DNA of 57,901 nucleotides from Pseudogymnoascus verrucosus. Taxonomy: Eukaryota. The stretch's first letter is position 1. Each line of letters begins with the position of its first letter. Of this stretch, positions 27,211 through 41,785 are shown piece after piece. The translations under genes were made by a program, and so were the position numbers. A model generated the notes under the pieces. It saw nothing but the letters and a program-made list of their open reading frames with translations, was not told where the DNA came from and searched no databases. The stretch is from assembly GCA_001662655.1 (NCBI GenBank), contig KV460236.1. One strand, given 5' to 3'.

Positions 27211-29705
27211 TCAAAACCCGAGCCCTCGAGACTCGGGATCATCTTTCAATGCGAGCTTGACATCTCCCTCGCCGATACAGAGACGTACTTTGGCCACGCG
27301 GTCTCCCTTTCGAGCCTCGAATCCTATGATGCCCGCTTCCATGAGCTCTATAGCTGCCGTGCCCATAGCATGGACACGTGGAGCATCGCGTAGGTTCTCT
27401 CGGTCCAAGTGTGCCTTTCCACCACCTGCAGTTGGTGAAATTTCCGTCAACAGAAAGCCCAGCGTTTCGATATCGACGACCATTTTCGAGATCCTTTTTG
27501 CCTCCTCGATCACCTCACCAATAAAGCTCTCTCCGATGCCCGTCCGTCGAATCCTTGCTAGTAGGGAGGCAAGAAGTAGTTTAGATGCTAACGGTAGACC
27601 GCGTAGATGCTGCTGCAAGGGGCTTGTGGTAGCTTCGTTGATGGCCCGTTTTATCGTAGCTATAGTGACCTTGCCCAGCGAGGGTTTCTTAGCCACCCCA
27701 TTGGCACCAGCGGCTTTCCTGCTGGGTGTCGCTGGCACGTTTTCACCGGCTTCCGTTTCAGCAAGCTCCACGGCTCGTCTGCATATATCTAACGCGCGAC
27801 GTGCATCTCCGCTCACAGCAGCCACTTTTCTGCTGGCAAACTGAACGGCATCTGACTCCACAACACCGCCTGGCACACCCTCTAGTCTAGACTCGATAAT
27901 CTTCATCAATTGCTCGTGATTATATCCCGGGAATGTGATTCTGGTCAAACCTGTGGAGGGTTAGTCATGTGCGAAGTTTGTTGGGATCGAACTTACCAAG
28001 TCTACTGCTGATTTTGTTACTGAGCGTCCTCTCAGGTAAGTCCATAGTATTAGCCACCGCAAGGACGATAAGTCTGCTGTGTCTCAACCCTGGCCAGTTG
28101 AAAAAATTGTACATCACGCTCTGGTTTTTGGTGACAAGTTGGTCGAGCTCGTCCATCAATACCACACACGGAATTCGTCGCGGACTTGGATGGTTGAACT
28201 CTCTCTCCAAGAGGTCTAGGGCCTGCGATGGGCTGACTCTATCTCCCTTCAATGCTTCCCACAAGAGCGAGTAAGATTGGTGAGGGTCTGTCACTTTCAT
28301 GCCGTTGATTTCAACGAATATGAAATCATCCAGCTCTTCGGCTACAACCGAGGCGTTTAACTGCGAGACAACTTCCCGAACTGTTGCTGTTTTCCCCGTC
28401 CCAGGCGTACCCGAGATATAAATACATGCCCCTGAGCCATCTGTAATCGCCGACTCGAGATGTGAATAAACTTCAGTGAACTCATTCTCTCTGCAGGGAA
28501 GAGTGGCGGGAACAGCCGCGACGTGAAGTTTGGATCGTGCCAATTGAAAAGGCGAAGCGTAGATCTTGCCTGGCGAGATAACCCGAGTTCCCAATGGTGT
28601 AAATTCAAGGGGCTTCTTCACAACGATCCTGGGATATTATTAGCTTTGCGGTGCAACTTCAGGGATGAACACGTACCTCTTGTGACTCGGCGTGAGTAGT
28701 AGCTTGCTAGGTGTCCGAGGTTTCTTTGGAGTTAAGGCTACAGAAGTCTTGCGCTTCTTCCTCGGGGTACCGAAGTCATCTCCATGGTCATCCCCATCAT
28801 CTACACTCAGGAACTCCTGCTCTTGTTTGCGCTTTTCTGCCTGTAGTTCTCCACGTCGTTTTCTGGTGGCCTTTGTTTCGTTCTTGACCCTCTCGATAAG
28901 ATTAAAAATATCTTCATCAGTCCCATGGAAAATATCTTCCCAGATAAACTCGTCCGTATAAGTTGCTGTTCTGGTATTGCAGCCGCGTCGGCAGATAAAG
29001 CTTTTACCATGATCTTTTGAGTTCCTAGGTATTCGGCCACTGGGATACTTTGCCAAAAATGTCTTGACTGACGAAACTGTGGCCTTGCCGTTGATGGACG
29101 CTATAGGGTTAACATCCCATGAGGGGGATATGTAAAGTTCATTCTGAAAAGAGTTAGTTTCAACCCAGTGAGGCGTGTTATCCAGCTCGTACCTGCATGA
29201 AATCCGTTCGTTTCTTCTCCTTATTTCGGATTTCCTTCTCTGTTGCGAACCACATGAAATTTGCTGCCATCTCGCCGTCATCCTCCTCAATAAACTCGCA
29301 GATCACGCCCACCCATGCTTCATTGGTTCCTTCGGCTTTGAGCAGCACACAGTCTCCAACTTTGCACTCAAAATCCCCCATTCTTGCACCAATTATCTTC
29401 CGTTGCGCACCTTGTCCTACCTTCCTGGCTACCTTCCTCTTGCGTCCAGCATGAGCTGGTGACGTTGTGGCCTCTGCATTCAGAAGATCCGCGATATTGT
29501 CTTCGTTATCGGTCCCATCATTGTCTTCATCTGCCTTTCCCGGATTGTCGTATATCCATTCCCAAGGGTGGTCGTCCAGCCCCAGCTCGTCGTCCGAGTC
29601 TTCCCTCGCAATGCCGACGCCAGTAAGGTATTGCTTCGCTCTTTCTACCTTCGCAGCATTGGACCGCTGCAGCTTATTAGGCTGAGATTCTGGCCTTTGA
29701 CGCAT
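27211..29705 (-). CDS. ORC1: Origin recognition complex subunit 1 (BAH + AAA+; 4 exons)
   Basis: N-terminal BAH domain (VGDCVLL..NELYISP..FICRRG), Walker A GTPGTGKT, Walker B LMDELD, VANTMDLPER and GDARRALDICRRA. Confidence 0.96.
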
Positions 29706-30513
29706 TTTGGTTGCTTGTTCACACAGGTGTTATTGAACGAGGACATCAAATGTGGAGACTTCGGCCTCGTCATGGCTTGTTCTGCCACAGGTACTATCAA
29801 TTCCCGTCGCGTCCCTACGCGAATTTTCGTGACAAACTGTTTGCTGTCCCTGAAACTTGGTTGCGTCAGCACGTGATGCTAATTGCATTGACGACGACCT
29901 TTCCCTTTCACAGGAGATGCCAAATACGTACAGCCATAGAAGTCGTCAGTCGTCCTACAGTAACAAAATATTTTATATCCGAGACAGCATTGCCACAAGT
30001 CAAAGGCATGGAGCCCAAAAAATAGGTGAGAAGGGACCGATTAAATATGGGATTTTTTTCCTTTGGTATTGCTTTGTTTATCATCTTCACCCTATATATA
30101 AGTTATGACGCGCCCGTTCCTTCCAATGACATATAGCAATATGTCCATTCCAACCGCGTTTTGTATTTAAGTTCTGTGGCTGTTATTTTTCTCTGCTGCT
30201 TGGGTTTTACTAGGTGAGCAGCTCATATGGTCCTGGACAGTATAGTTTCTCTTTTTCAGTATTTCCATATATCAATATTTATCTTTGGATGCTGCCAAAA
30301 GCATGCTGCCAAAGGCATTAGCGGCCTAGCGCCAACTTTTTATATCCGAGCTACACCTTGAGGGATAGTCATCCTCCAACTGTTTTAATTCTAGTTACTT
30401 GGTAGAATCAATCAAAACATTCAGGTATTGCTTGGTCCCACACAGCTTGTAACAACATATGCACTTGAGATCCTATATATAACACTAGGCCCGTGACTTC
30501 ACTCTCATAGAGT

Positions 30514-32607
30514 ATGGACAACGAGATTCCAGAGATCGACACGGGTCGGGGAGGTAATTGAAAGTTCAACCTGCGTGTGTGTATGGTTGGTTGACAGTGA
30601 TCACAGAATGGGACGAAGACTATCAGGCAAAGGTTCTGGAGACAAAGGCCCTGGAGACAAAGGCCTTGGAGACAAAGACCTTGGAGGCAAAGACTGGTCC
30701 GGATGCTGGGCCACAGCGCGCAGCTACTCAGCCCCTGCGTCCTGCTGTTGCCACAAACCTGCATAACAAAGCTCCACCGCATGATGGTCTCGGGGCACGC
30801 GAGATTCTGGCGAAAGATAGCCTGCCAGTGAATCACCTCGGGGTCCCATCATCTTCAGCTAACAATGGGCTTGCTCGTAGGGCTTCAGAGTCGGTCCCAA
30901 GCAAGGCTCCCGCATGGATGATCAAGAAATTCACTGAGACCAAGAAGTCTAAGCAAGGTTGGGCAGAGCACCCTGGGCTCATCACAACAAGAAAGGGCAA
31001 CCAGATAGCCTTGGATGCAGCCACTAACAAGTATCTAGGCCCTATTCCAGAGAACACTGACTTCAACTGCACGGTAATAGTAACCATTATTAGTACAAAA
31101 TCAAAACTGACGGGTCTAGGGGTACTTCGGTCATTGTGATCCCGATCTCATTGCGAGTCAGAACGTAGACAAAGCATGGGATCGTATCCGCATTGCATAC
31201 CGTGTCTATATAGCCCTTGATGCTGAAAATAAAACCATTGTTGTTGAGGCCGAGACGGATGAAGATTGCGTAACAGCTCTTGGCCGCATCAGAATCACCC
31301 TGTTTCACGCAGAGGCTAACGAGCGAACCTGTCGTGCTCGTTATATTGTTGAGCCGCCTTCGGCATCATCCATGCGCAAAGAAGTCCTTGGTGTAGAGTT
31401 AGCGGATTCAAAGGACAAACTCGACAAGTGTGTGAAACTAGCTGGCCCTGGGCTAGGTCCAAAAGAGGTGAAGGAATGGGAGCAGAAGAGGAAGGAACTT
31501 ATGGCCTTGAACGAGAAAGTATTTGCAGACCACTTGGGCAATGCTTTTATCAATCTGTGTGCGTTGAACAGCAGCATGAGAATGAGAGTGCAATTTGGCA
31601 ACATAATTCTGAGACGCTACCGTGCTGAGATGGCGAAGTCAGGGTTTGCATTCGAGAAATTTGTCGATATGATGGGTCAGTCTCGGACGGGTGCTGTGTT
31701 CGAAAAGACGTGAGTTTTACCCTAATCTTTCAGCCATGCTTTAATTAATCCCGCATCTGATAGGATCGGTGGGAATGAGTTGGGCTTCCAACTTATTCGC
31801 AAAATCCATCAATCTACTGATTTGTTTTGTCCTTTGGACAACCTGATCGGAAACATGTCCGACATCAAGCCCAAGCAGAGACTTGTATACAGAAAATGCG
31901 GAACTGTCGGCTTCCGCCTCGAGGCAGATATCGATATATCGGCGAGGGGCGGCGAATACCAACTTGGAGAAAATTCGCTTTATAAAGAGGATAGTGCTCT
32001 GAAGAAGCGACTTGACATTGGGTTTCTCGGCTTTGACAGGTACGTAACCGCATGCCGTCCTCAGGCAAAAATTGTCTTGCTAATATTCAACAGCAAGTTC
32101 CATTGGGCTCTCGAGATTATGACCCAGGAGAGGCTGTCCTCCAACAGCGTCTCCATCCAAGCCACGGCACAGGAACTTCTCTCATCTGCCAAAGTCGAGG
32201 AAGACATCATGGGCTTTCCTTACCCATCCGCTGGTCCCAATAGACGTTTGAATGGCAACGACACGGCAAACATTCACACTATCTTTCAATACAAACTCAT
32301 GGGCACTCCCTACGTGGTGCAAATTCTACTGTCCAGAGGAATTTGCTCAGACACTGTTGGTTACTGCGGAGCCTCCATGTACTCGACGAATTGGGACGAC
32401 CACATGGGACCGAATGAAGGAGAAATCTGTGAACGCTGGAAGCTGGGATCTGATCTTCGGGTGCTGTTTCCTCCACCTCCGTCACCAAAGCCATCTTCAT
32501 TTGCAGCTGGCGGTCAAGTCATTGACAAGCATGAAGGATTCCGTGCGTTTCTCGCTGCTGTTGCGAAGGTTCAATCTTTTCTGAGTGAAGCTGCATCTGG
32601 CAATTAG
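30514..32607 (+). CDS. Uncharacterised fungal protein (multi-exon; start and exon boundaries approximate)
   Basis: Chain of + strand ORFs joined by GT-AG introns (~30554-30600, ~31073-31119, ~31710-31762, ~32041-32094). No catalytic motif recognised. Confidence 0.65.
30628..30692 (+). repeat. 15-bp coding tandem repeat, ~4 copies (LETKA)n
   Basis: ctggagacaaaggcc-ctggagacaaaggcc-ttggagacaaagacc-ttggaggcaaag. Confidence 0.85.
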
Positions 32608-32792
32608 TTGACAGGTTGGGGGGGTTATAGATGGATGGACTCGTGGGAAACCACATTGTGTTGCAAATGTACTCAATCCAGCAGCGGTAAATAGCAGTAA
32701 GACAGGGACAGGGACAAGTACTCGTTTTCACAATGTGGGAAACAGAGAATAGCAAGACAATGAGACAAAGATCAACCAATAAATATGTAATT

Positions 32793-33479
32793 TTATTCCG
32801 CGGCTGGTGCACCAGCATTTCCACTGAGAACCTTCTGTCGTAAAACTAGGGACAACATGTTAGCCCGGCTGAGATTCAATATTTCGGCTCTGCTTACCAT
32901 CCTCGACCACCCTCAAGTTGTTCGATTTTCCTTGCACTATGCTCTCCAGGTCCTTCAGATTTGTTTGGAGCTCATCGACCTTGGCAGTATAAAACTTGGC
33001 AGCGTCCTTTGTTGACTGTAACGTGTTAATCAGCAACCACTCCACAATGACCCCCCAATAACCCTACCTTCTCAACATAATACCCAGTCCCAACATCAAC
33101 AATCACATTTTCGGCATCTGCTAGGGTCCCTGGCACATAAAGCGAGCTCGTCAAAGGCACCAGTATAGTTTTCCCTATCCAAACAAATTAAGCGACAATA
33201 TTCTTCAACCAAGCCAAGAGCTACGCACCCTCCACTTTAGGAGATACACCGGTCGCTATCGAATTCAGACACTCGCGGAACTTCGCCTGGGCCGCGCGCA
33301 GCTGGGTGAACGAGCTGGTGAGGTGCTCGAGCTCTTCGTCAAGCTGTTTCTTGACCTGGCTCAATTGCTGGGTTGAGAGGCCGCCGAGGTCAACTGTGGC
33401 GGGGATATATGTCAGCGGGCTCCCCATGAGGGGGTTCGAGAGGGAGTAACGCACCGGTCTGGCCACCTTGAGACGACAT
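32793..33479 (-). CDS. GIM5: Prefoldin subunit 5 (alpha type; multi-exon)
   Basis: [65 protein letters not shown] and VLRQKVL. Confidence 0.93.
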
Positions 33480-33850
33480 GATGGATGGGTTTGTGGTCTG
33501 GTAGAGCTGTGAGCTTGATGTCGTTGATAGCTCAGCCCTGCCTTTCTACTAGTGGTAGCCTTGTGGGGTCCAAGCGGGTTAGCGCCACTTTCCTGTGGAG
33601 GGGTAGTCGAAGTTTACATGCGCACATGAACAAAATCATTTACTGTTCCAAGAAATAACTATGAATACTAAATCAGGTTTATTAGGGCGTGCTGTTATTA
33701 AATCACTCATGTATAAATATTATCCGAGTTTATTTGAACAGGAGAGGTATTTTTTGTTTGTTCGAGATATTTCAAATATTGTTTGTGAATATCTTTATAA
33801 TTCTACAACCCAAATATAATTTACAAATATACTACATTTATTAATATATC

Positions 33851-36123
33851 CTACAATTGCACAAGAAGCTTGTCAATGTGAGCGGCCAAACCATCCAAAG
33901 GCACTTCCTCCTTTGTGCCTAGCCTCCTGCATTGGACTTCGCAAGACTTGCTGTTCTTCCACCCTCGACCGACGACTACGATGATCGGATAGCCAACCAA
34001 ATCAGCATCCTGCATCTTCCAAGGAAAAGAGTTGGTCCTGTCATCTAGAACAACATCAAGAGCATCTCCCGAATTCGACCGACCGCCTGCTAGTGCATCA
34101 TACACATCCACAGCCCCTTCTTCTTGTCCTCTGGCGGGGATAACGACCGCTTCGTATGGAGCAATAACACGCGGCCAGTTGAGCCCCTTTTCGTCTGCAA
34201 GCGTTTCTGCAACAGCGCCTATCAGGCGGGAGACGCCAATACCGTAGCAACCCATCTGCATCTGGACTTGTTGAGCTGATTTTAGAGGGACAGAAGCCTG
34301 TGCAGTGCCCTCTGTCGCTTCTGGCTCAATGTAGCCAGCTGGGAGCGTAACAACAGCCTTCATTGGGTCGCTGTATCTTGCGCCCAAATAAAAGGCATGT
34401 CCCAATTCAATAGCTTTCTCAATCTTTAATGTGCCGTCGTTGCATCTTGGGCATGCATCGCCTTCGCTTATCCGTAATAGATTAAGAGGCTGGCCATCTG
34501 AAGTATTTTCAGCGGTTGTTGAGATCGTAATCCCAAGGGAAGAAGGGAGCGGCGAGTTTGTCCACAAGGGGTCGATCTCGCCTGATTGGATGGTTGTAGT
34601 AAGAGACGGCGGCAGTCGATAATCCACGAGATTGATTATCTTGGAACCTCCAGGCGAAGCCTCCTGCCCCTCAAGAATGTTCTTCTCTATGGCCTGTGCC
34701 CATAGTAGTGCTGCATTCTCAACCCCTGGATCAAGGTCTGCGACGATGTTTTTGACAGCGTGAGTGTTGACCTCCGACCCGCCTTGAAACCCTTCTCTCG
34801 GACTATACCAGACGTTGATCAACGTGCTTCTGTCTCGCGAAACCCCTCGCCAGACAGTGAACGTATTTTTGGCAGAGGTGGCTTCGGGATTTGAAACAAA
34901 TGACCAAGTTGCCCCGGAATCGTGAGTAGCTGGAGGCAGTGCGGACTCGGCAAGCTCTTCGTTGGCTACGTAATCACAACTTCGGCAACTGATGATATGA
35001 TCTTCTCCCATCGAAGTAGGAAAATGGTACTCATGGCTGAGGTCACCGCCTATATCTCCAGAATCCGCCTCGGCAACAAGGTAACGAACTTTTAGTTCAT
35101 CAAAAAGGCGAACATAAGCATCCCGAACCTGGTTGTACGTCACCATAGCTAGAGCTGGGCTGAGATCGAAAGTGTAAAGGTCTTTCATGGAGAATTCACG
35201 GGAGCGTAGAAGGCCATGCCGAGGACGAAGCTCATCGCGATATTTGCGAGCTAAATTGTCAGCAAAGATCAGGGATGGAAGATAGGCACCTTACATATCT
35301 GATACAACCGAACAGGCAACTCTTTGTATGATTTAATAGTATTTGCCACAAGAGAAGTGATCTCCTCTTCATGCGTAGGAGCTAAAAGATAGCCAGCCTC
35401 TTTCCTGTCCTTAAATCGAAATAACTGCTCATAGTGTCAGTGTTTTACTTCGACATAGAGTGGGAAGACCATACCTCTGCATTGATAGCATTTAAGCGGC
35501 CGCTCATAGTCCATAGCTCCTCGGATGAAATGCTTGATAAGTCAAGTTTTGAAGCACCTGCAGTAAGGAGTCAGTTGGGGTCCGGCGAATGTTAAACCCC
35601 CGGAGACCTCACCTATGCTGGACATGTGCTTGTCGAGAAGTTTCTCAACTTTAGTTTGAACGCGGAGACCTAGAGGGAGCATATGAAAGATTCCAGAATG
35701 AGCCTGTCTCCAATTAGCTAGCGCCCCTTTCTTCGGGAAGAAATTACGCACCTGCCGCAGAAAACCAGCTCTCACAAGCTTCGAATGGGCGTCTAGGTAA
35801 TATATTAGAAACCGAAGCTACAGTAAAGGGTACTGGCATTTAAACCTTCATTGTCACCTGGTGCAATTCCTCCCGTAGGCGTCCATGCTTTAGAGAGTCT
35901 CGACCTCTGATCCAACTGCAAGATGATCAGCTTCTGTGTCACGTGGAGGGAGTTGGATATAACGAAATGGTCTAGTAGGACATACGTGAGGGATACCTGA
36001 AACAACTCTTACTCCGCCCCAATAGTTTGCCCGATATGGGCTTTGGAGACCGGCATAGCGGCGCTCGATGATACTCGATGGCCTACCACAGCGGGCAAAC
36101 AATTGGCTGCATTGAGTGTTCAT
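33851..36123 (-). CDS. AIM10: Mitochondrial (bacterial-type) prolyl-tRNA synthetase (multi-exon)
   Basis: [81 protein letters not shown] and an anticodon-binding domain. Start codon approximate. Confidence 0.92.
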
Positions 36124-36447
36124 GCTGAATGAGTGTAACACGCCCCGAAGGCCTCAAAATATTCAATCCTAGGGGTTTAAATGCCCTCTGCTCATAATAG
36201 ATAAGCCATTGACCAATATTCGTAGTGTTTTGAATGCCTTATAGCAACTGATGGACATACATGCTTCACGAGGCTGGACAGCGACTTTAGTTGCCGCATC
36301 TGGCCCCACATTTTGACAGGGCAACTTTTACCGGGGTCTCGGGAAAATTCCGCCGATTTGAACTTTTTACCTTATCAACTCCAAGCTTGCCCAAGGAGAT
36401 TTTTATACAGCGCAAGCTGAAAAGCTTGAGGAAACAAAGATATTACC

Positions 36448-39400
36448 ATGGGCAAACATGGTGCCAACACTGGCAAGGCCTCTAAAAAGGTCAAGCCCAA
36501 CACACCAAGCAAGAATACCTCAGCGCAAAGCCTGCCGTCGTTTGACGAAAGCGCATTGAGTGCTCTCACAGACAAGATTGAGAAGGGATTCAACAAGGGA
36601 GCGAGCTCCGATTCAGCACAGAAACCTGCGAAGAAAGACAAGAGCAAGCCGAATGGAGCGTCTCACTCGAAAGATACCGCTCCAGGAAAGAAGCGCGACG
36701 CTGAGGGCAATGTGAAAACACCTACCAAGTCGAACAAGGCTACGGATCGCAAGCCAAAGCAGGCTGAAGGTGGTGCAGCGGCAGAAGGTTCGGCTAGGGA
36801 TATCCTTCTGCAAGAAATCCTTGCTCTTGGAGGAACCGAGGAGGACTTGGATCTACTCGACGGCGTTGAGTCGGACGACGAAGATGTGGAATTCACCCAG
36901 CCCAAGGTGGATGATCCTAAATTCGCAAAAGAGTTCTCGAAGTTCGTTGCTGGGCTCGGAATTGAAGGCCAAACCCAGGTTGATGCCAGCGACTCTGAAG
37001 TTGAGGCAGACGAAGTGGATGAAGACTCAGATGAGTGGGAAGAGGAGCCTGATACGCCAAAAAAAGCGCCCAAGAAGGCTGAAGAGCCAGTCCCACAGCT
37101 AGTCCAGGCGCAAGATAATAAACAAGACAAAAAGACTAAAGATGTCAACCGCCTAGTCAGTTCTTTCCATAGCAACAATTAAAACCCCAGTCGACTGACA
37201 GAGACGTAGATATTCGAGGCGCGGCCAGACTGGCATTCGGCACCATTGGGCGATCTTCCAACTCCTGAACTTTCCGACGTACCTGCACACAGAGCCATCA
37301 TCGAAGAGCTCAAGAAATATGCGAAGTCTTTACTGGAAGCCGACAGCAACCTCTACGCCTCTAAGCATCTCTCATCAACATCGTCTCACCGCTTTCTTGC
37401 CACTATCATGGCTTCCGGTACATTGGACGATAAGGTTTCGGCCTTAACGTTGGTGATTCAAGAGTCTCCTATACATACCACCAAGTCCTTTGAGAGCCTT
37501 CTTGGCCTGGCGAAGAAGCGCAGCAGAGGCCAGGCTGTCACAGCGTTAGGCGCCTTGAAGGATTTGCTTGGTGTGGGCGTTGTGCTGCCAGCTGATCGCC
37601 GATTGAGGACCTTTGCCAACCAGCCTGGACTTCTCGGCACTCTTCAGACCGAGTTCGTATCAAACTGGAGAAGCCAAGATCCGCTCCCTGGCAACATCAC
37701 CAAGGCCCATTTAATTTCATGGGCATATGAGGATTGGTTGAAGGAGATCTACTTCGAAATTCTGCAAGTTCTTGAAGGATGGTGTGCTGACGAGGTCGAG
37801 TTCGCTCGAGGACGTGCGATAACCTACGTCTACGAGCTATTGAAGGAGAAGCCCGAGCAAGAATCCAACTTACTCCGCCTCTTGGTCAACAAGCTGGGAG
37901 ATCCAGACAAGAAGCTTGCGTCTAGAACGTCGTACCTTATCCTACAACTGCAGACGACGCATCCTCTCATGAAGCCAATCATCGTCTCTTCTATTGAGAC
38001 CGAGCTTTTGTTGCGCCCGCATCAAAGCACCCACTCAAAGTACTACGCCATCAACACTCTGAACCAGACCATCCTTAGCGGCAAAGAGGAGGGAGTGGCC
38101 CAGAGGCTTCTGAAGATTTACTTCGACCTCTTCGTCACCCTCCTGAAAAAGCCACTGCCACCATCTGATGCACCTGGCCCTGTCATGAACAAGAAGGGTC
38201 AAGTCCAAGGTGGGGGTGGGCAAAAGGGAAAGAAGGCAATGGAGAAGGTGACCAAAGAGGAGCAGGCAAAGTTAAGCAGTGAGGAGACGACCGAGAAAAT
38301 GATCTCTGCTGTCTTGACTGGTGTCAACCGTGCCCTCCCATTCTCCAAATCAGACGACGTCACTCTGGAGAAGCACATGGATTTGCTGTTCAAGATCACC
38401 CATTCTTCTAACTTCAATACGAGCATCCAGGCCCTGATGCTCATCCAGCAACTCTCATCCACAAAGACTATTGCTGTGGAGCGCTTTTACCGAACCCTGT
38501 ACGAATCGCTGCTGGATCCTCGACTGATCATGTCGTCAAAGCATGCGCTCTACCTCAACCTCCTGTTCCGCGCCCTGAAGTCCGATTTAGATGTCAGGCG
38601 CGTAAAGGCGTTTGCAAAGAGACTCCTCCAAATCATCACACTACACCAACCGCCATTTATCTGTGGTGTCCTCTACCTGCTTAGGGAGCTGGAGGCTACT
38701 TTCCCAGGCCTCACCACGATGATAACTGAACCAGAGGTATCTGATGACATGGACGAAGAAGTGTTCAAGGATGTTCCCGAGACCGAGACGGCCGCCGCCG
38801 AGGCTGCAACCCTTCACGAGAACCTTATGCACCCCGACAGAATCCCGAAACCTGCACCAAAGCAAGGCTTATACGACGGACGGAAGAGAGACCCTGAGCA
38901 CAGCAACGCTGACAAGAGCTGTCTTTGGGAATTGGTAAGCTCTTTTGTTCTCACATATTTATTCTTTTCTAATAAAAACCACAGACACCGTTTATTACCC
39001 ACTTCCACCCCTCGGTGGCTATGTTCGCTGACCGTCTTTTGACATCAGCCGTGATGCCCGCCAAGCCCGATCTCGCCTCCCACTCCTTAATATCCTTCCT
39101 CGACAGATTCGTCTACCGCAATGCCAAGGCATCCGCGGGTGGCCTCAGGGGTAGTTCTATCATGCAGCCTCTCGCTGGCGGAGAGAGCAGCGGAGTCCTG
39201 GTTGCCAACCGCGCCACGGCACAGGCTCACCAGCCAGTCAACTCCGAAGCCTTCTGGCGCAAGAAGGCCGAGGATGTTGCTGTTGACGAAGTGTTCTTCC
39301 ACAAGTACTTCAACCAAATCGGCAAGGGCAAGGTGTCTAAGAAGGGCAAGCCCGCCAAGGCTGCAGGAGATGGAAGCGATGACGAAGACGAGAATGAGGA

Positions 39401-39827
39401 TGAGATCTGGCAGGCTCTGGTCGACTCTAGGCCTGAGGTTGAAGGTCCTAGCGACGATGAGAGCGATCTTGAGATGCTTGACTTGGACGATTCTGGTGAT
39501 GAGGGCTCTGAGGGTAGTGATGCCATGTGGGAGGACGATGATGAGGTGGATGTCGAGGGCACGGACGAGGAAGAGCAGGGATCTGAAGGTGAAGAGGAGC
39601 CAAGCCCATTCTTGGATGAGGATGAGCTGGATGAGGGTGAGGATGAAGATGAGGATGATCTGTTCAACAAGGAGCTAGAGACCAACCAGAAGAACCCAGA
39701 GGCGAAGGTTGATGGTACGGAGACGGGCAGGGCCAAGAAGAAGAAGATGAAGAGCCTGCCAATGTTTGCTTCGGTGGATGACTATGCTGATATGATGGGA
39801 GGAGACGAGGATGAGGATATGGGTTAA
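36448..39827 (+). CDS. MAK21: Ribosome biogenesis protein Mak21/Noc1 (CBF domain; 3 exons)
   Basis: SGTLDDKVSALTL, KPEQESNLLRLLVNKLGD, LTGVNRALPF, YDGRKRDP, HFHPSV, acidic tail and LPMFASVDDYA. Confidence 0.95.
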
Positions 39828-40828
39828 GTTGTGGCGGAGAGCGTTATCAAAAGTATAGAATCTATACAATAGAAGCATGTACAAATAAATGCTATGTGCT
39901 ACATATATATTCAATTTTATGTGATCTGATTCTATGTGGCTGTCAAAGCTTGAACGAATGAGAACCAGGGCCCACGGAGAGAATTAGACTGTCGTTCTGA
40001 GGACCGTAGAGGGTAATTAGCATGCTGGTGCGGCGTTTATTGCCTGTTGGTCCTGTTGTCGTTATACTCTGCTGCTGTCACCAACCCCCCACCGTTACCC
40101 TTCCACCATTACCCTTTTATGACACAATCCTCCAAACCATGGGCCGATGCAGAACCCTCCTACCCTCCCCAGCAACTTCGAAATGGCTAAACTCTGAGAG
40201 TGTATATGTAATGAGAACGTTGACGAGTTTGCCATTCGCCATTTGCGCACCGAATTTATATATTCAATTTCCAACCGCCTATTACCCATGCCATTTAATT
40301 ATGCCCGCCGATAAACCATAGTGATACTGCGTTGAAGAGGAGTGAGGCACTGTAGGGACGGACTATTTTACCTCTTTAATCCTTGGCAATATTTTGTATT
40401 ATTAAGGCTCCAATCTAACAGAGCTATGTTTTTCTGTGCTGGAGCCTGTTGTTGAAACCCGACGGAATTCAAACGAAAGAGAAGCTTATATCGTAACCTT
40501 GTGGTTTAATTGGTGCTTATCAGAAGTTTCATATTTCCAAACCCCGTGCTGCGCCTGGGCAAAAGTCGGAGCGGCAAAGATTTTGCCGCCGATGCTCGGC
40601 CTGTTAGTCGCCGCCACACCGACCGATTCTAACCAGCCTAGCGATTCAAGCCGAGGCTCTTTCGTCGCGTCCCTGCATATTGGCCACGCAATTCGGGTTT
40701 CCCCTTGCCTCAACGTTCTATATCGAATTCTTCAACAGAACGACCCACTCTACCGCCAATCCTATCGCTAGGAATAGTTCTTATCACCACCTTCCGTTCT
40801 GTTGGTGCTGCCTAGCGTGCTTGTTTCA

Positions 40829-41785
40829 ATGTCGGTCATTATGCGACTGCCGGGTGGGCGGAACAAGATATTGTTGAGCCTCTCAAAGACTCACTTAAGT
40901 GCAAAGCCTGCTGCTGCCAAACCCAATTTCTTTCCTCGCCCAAGCTCTCGTACATTCACAAACACAGCGTATAGGAGAACTGCTGCAGGTAATTGCCTCC
41001 ACTTCAATGCACACGAGCTGTACTGATTGAAGCTGGTAGAATCCATACCCGCCCCCGCCAAAAAATCACTCCCGCTCCGAATCCTTTACTTCACCGCACT
41101 CGCAGTCGGATTCACCTCAGCAGGTTTCCTAATGGCGGCCGCACCAGCAATCTCCACGGCGAAGGAGTTCCTCAACGTGCCTTCCGACGAGGAGACCCTG
41201 TCGTTATACACCCCTGAGGATGCCAAAGCTCAAGAAGTCGAGGACTTCATCAACAACCACCACCTAGCGCGCGAGCTTAGGAGCAAGCCGGAATATAGAG
41301 AGTCGAGGCCACATCTTAAGATCCCCAAAGGAGTCCGCGAGCAGAGCCTCACAGGCGGAACCCTGACCGGCCCCAACCGCGTCGTTGTCCCGCCGTTTGC
41401 CTGGAACGAAGAGGGCGGAAAGTCAATGGTCGTCATCTCATACCTCGGCCGTGATCTGTGCGGTCACCCTGGCATCATCCACGGCGGCTTCCTCGCTACT
41501 ATGCTCGATGAGGGCCTGGCTCGCTGCTGCTTTGAGGCCCTCCCGAACAAGGTCGGCATGACAGCGAACCTAAACATCAACTACCGCAGCCCGGCGCCGG
41601 CGGATACCTTCGTTGCGCTGCGAGCTAAGACAATTAAGGTTGAGGGGAGGAAAGCATGGGTGGAAGGTCACATCGAGACCTTGGTTGGCGATGGAGAGAC
41701 GCCTGTGGTGCTGGCAGAGGCTACCGCGTTGTTCATTGAGCCACGCCAAGCTGCGCGTTTGAAGGCGCTGAACCCTACCAAATAA
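40829..41785 (+). CDS. PaaI/hotdog-fold thioesterase, probably mitochondrial (Fmp10-like; intron ~40989-41032)
   Basis: Arg/Ser-rich presequence-like N-terminus, TM segment, LCGHPGIIHGGFLATMLDEGLA and TANLNINYRSP. Confidence 0.88.

Noticed and set aside
33630..33850. AT-rich stretch as a RIP-mutated transposon relic
   Set aside because: It is short, sits in the 3' region of the ProRS gene, and shows no terminal repeats or coding remnants.
40829..41785. Hotdog thioesterase as the release enzyme of the neighbouring PKS
   Set aside because: It looks like the widely conserved mitochondrial PaaI/Fmp10-type protein, lies on the core side of the tRNA, and the cluster already has a dedicated thiohydrolase.
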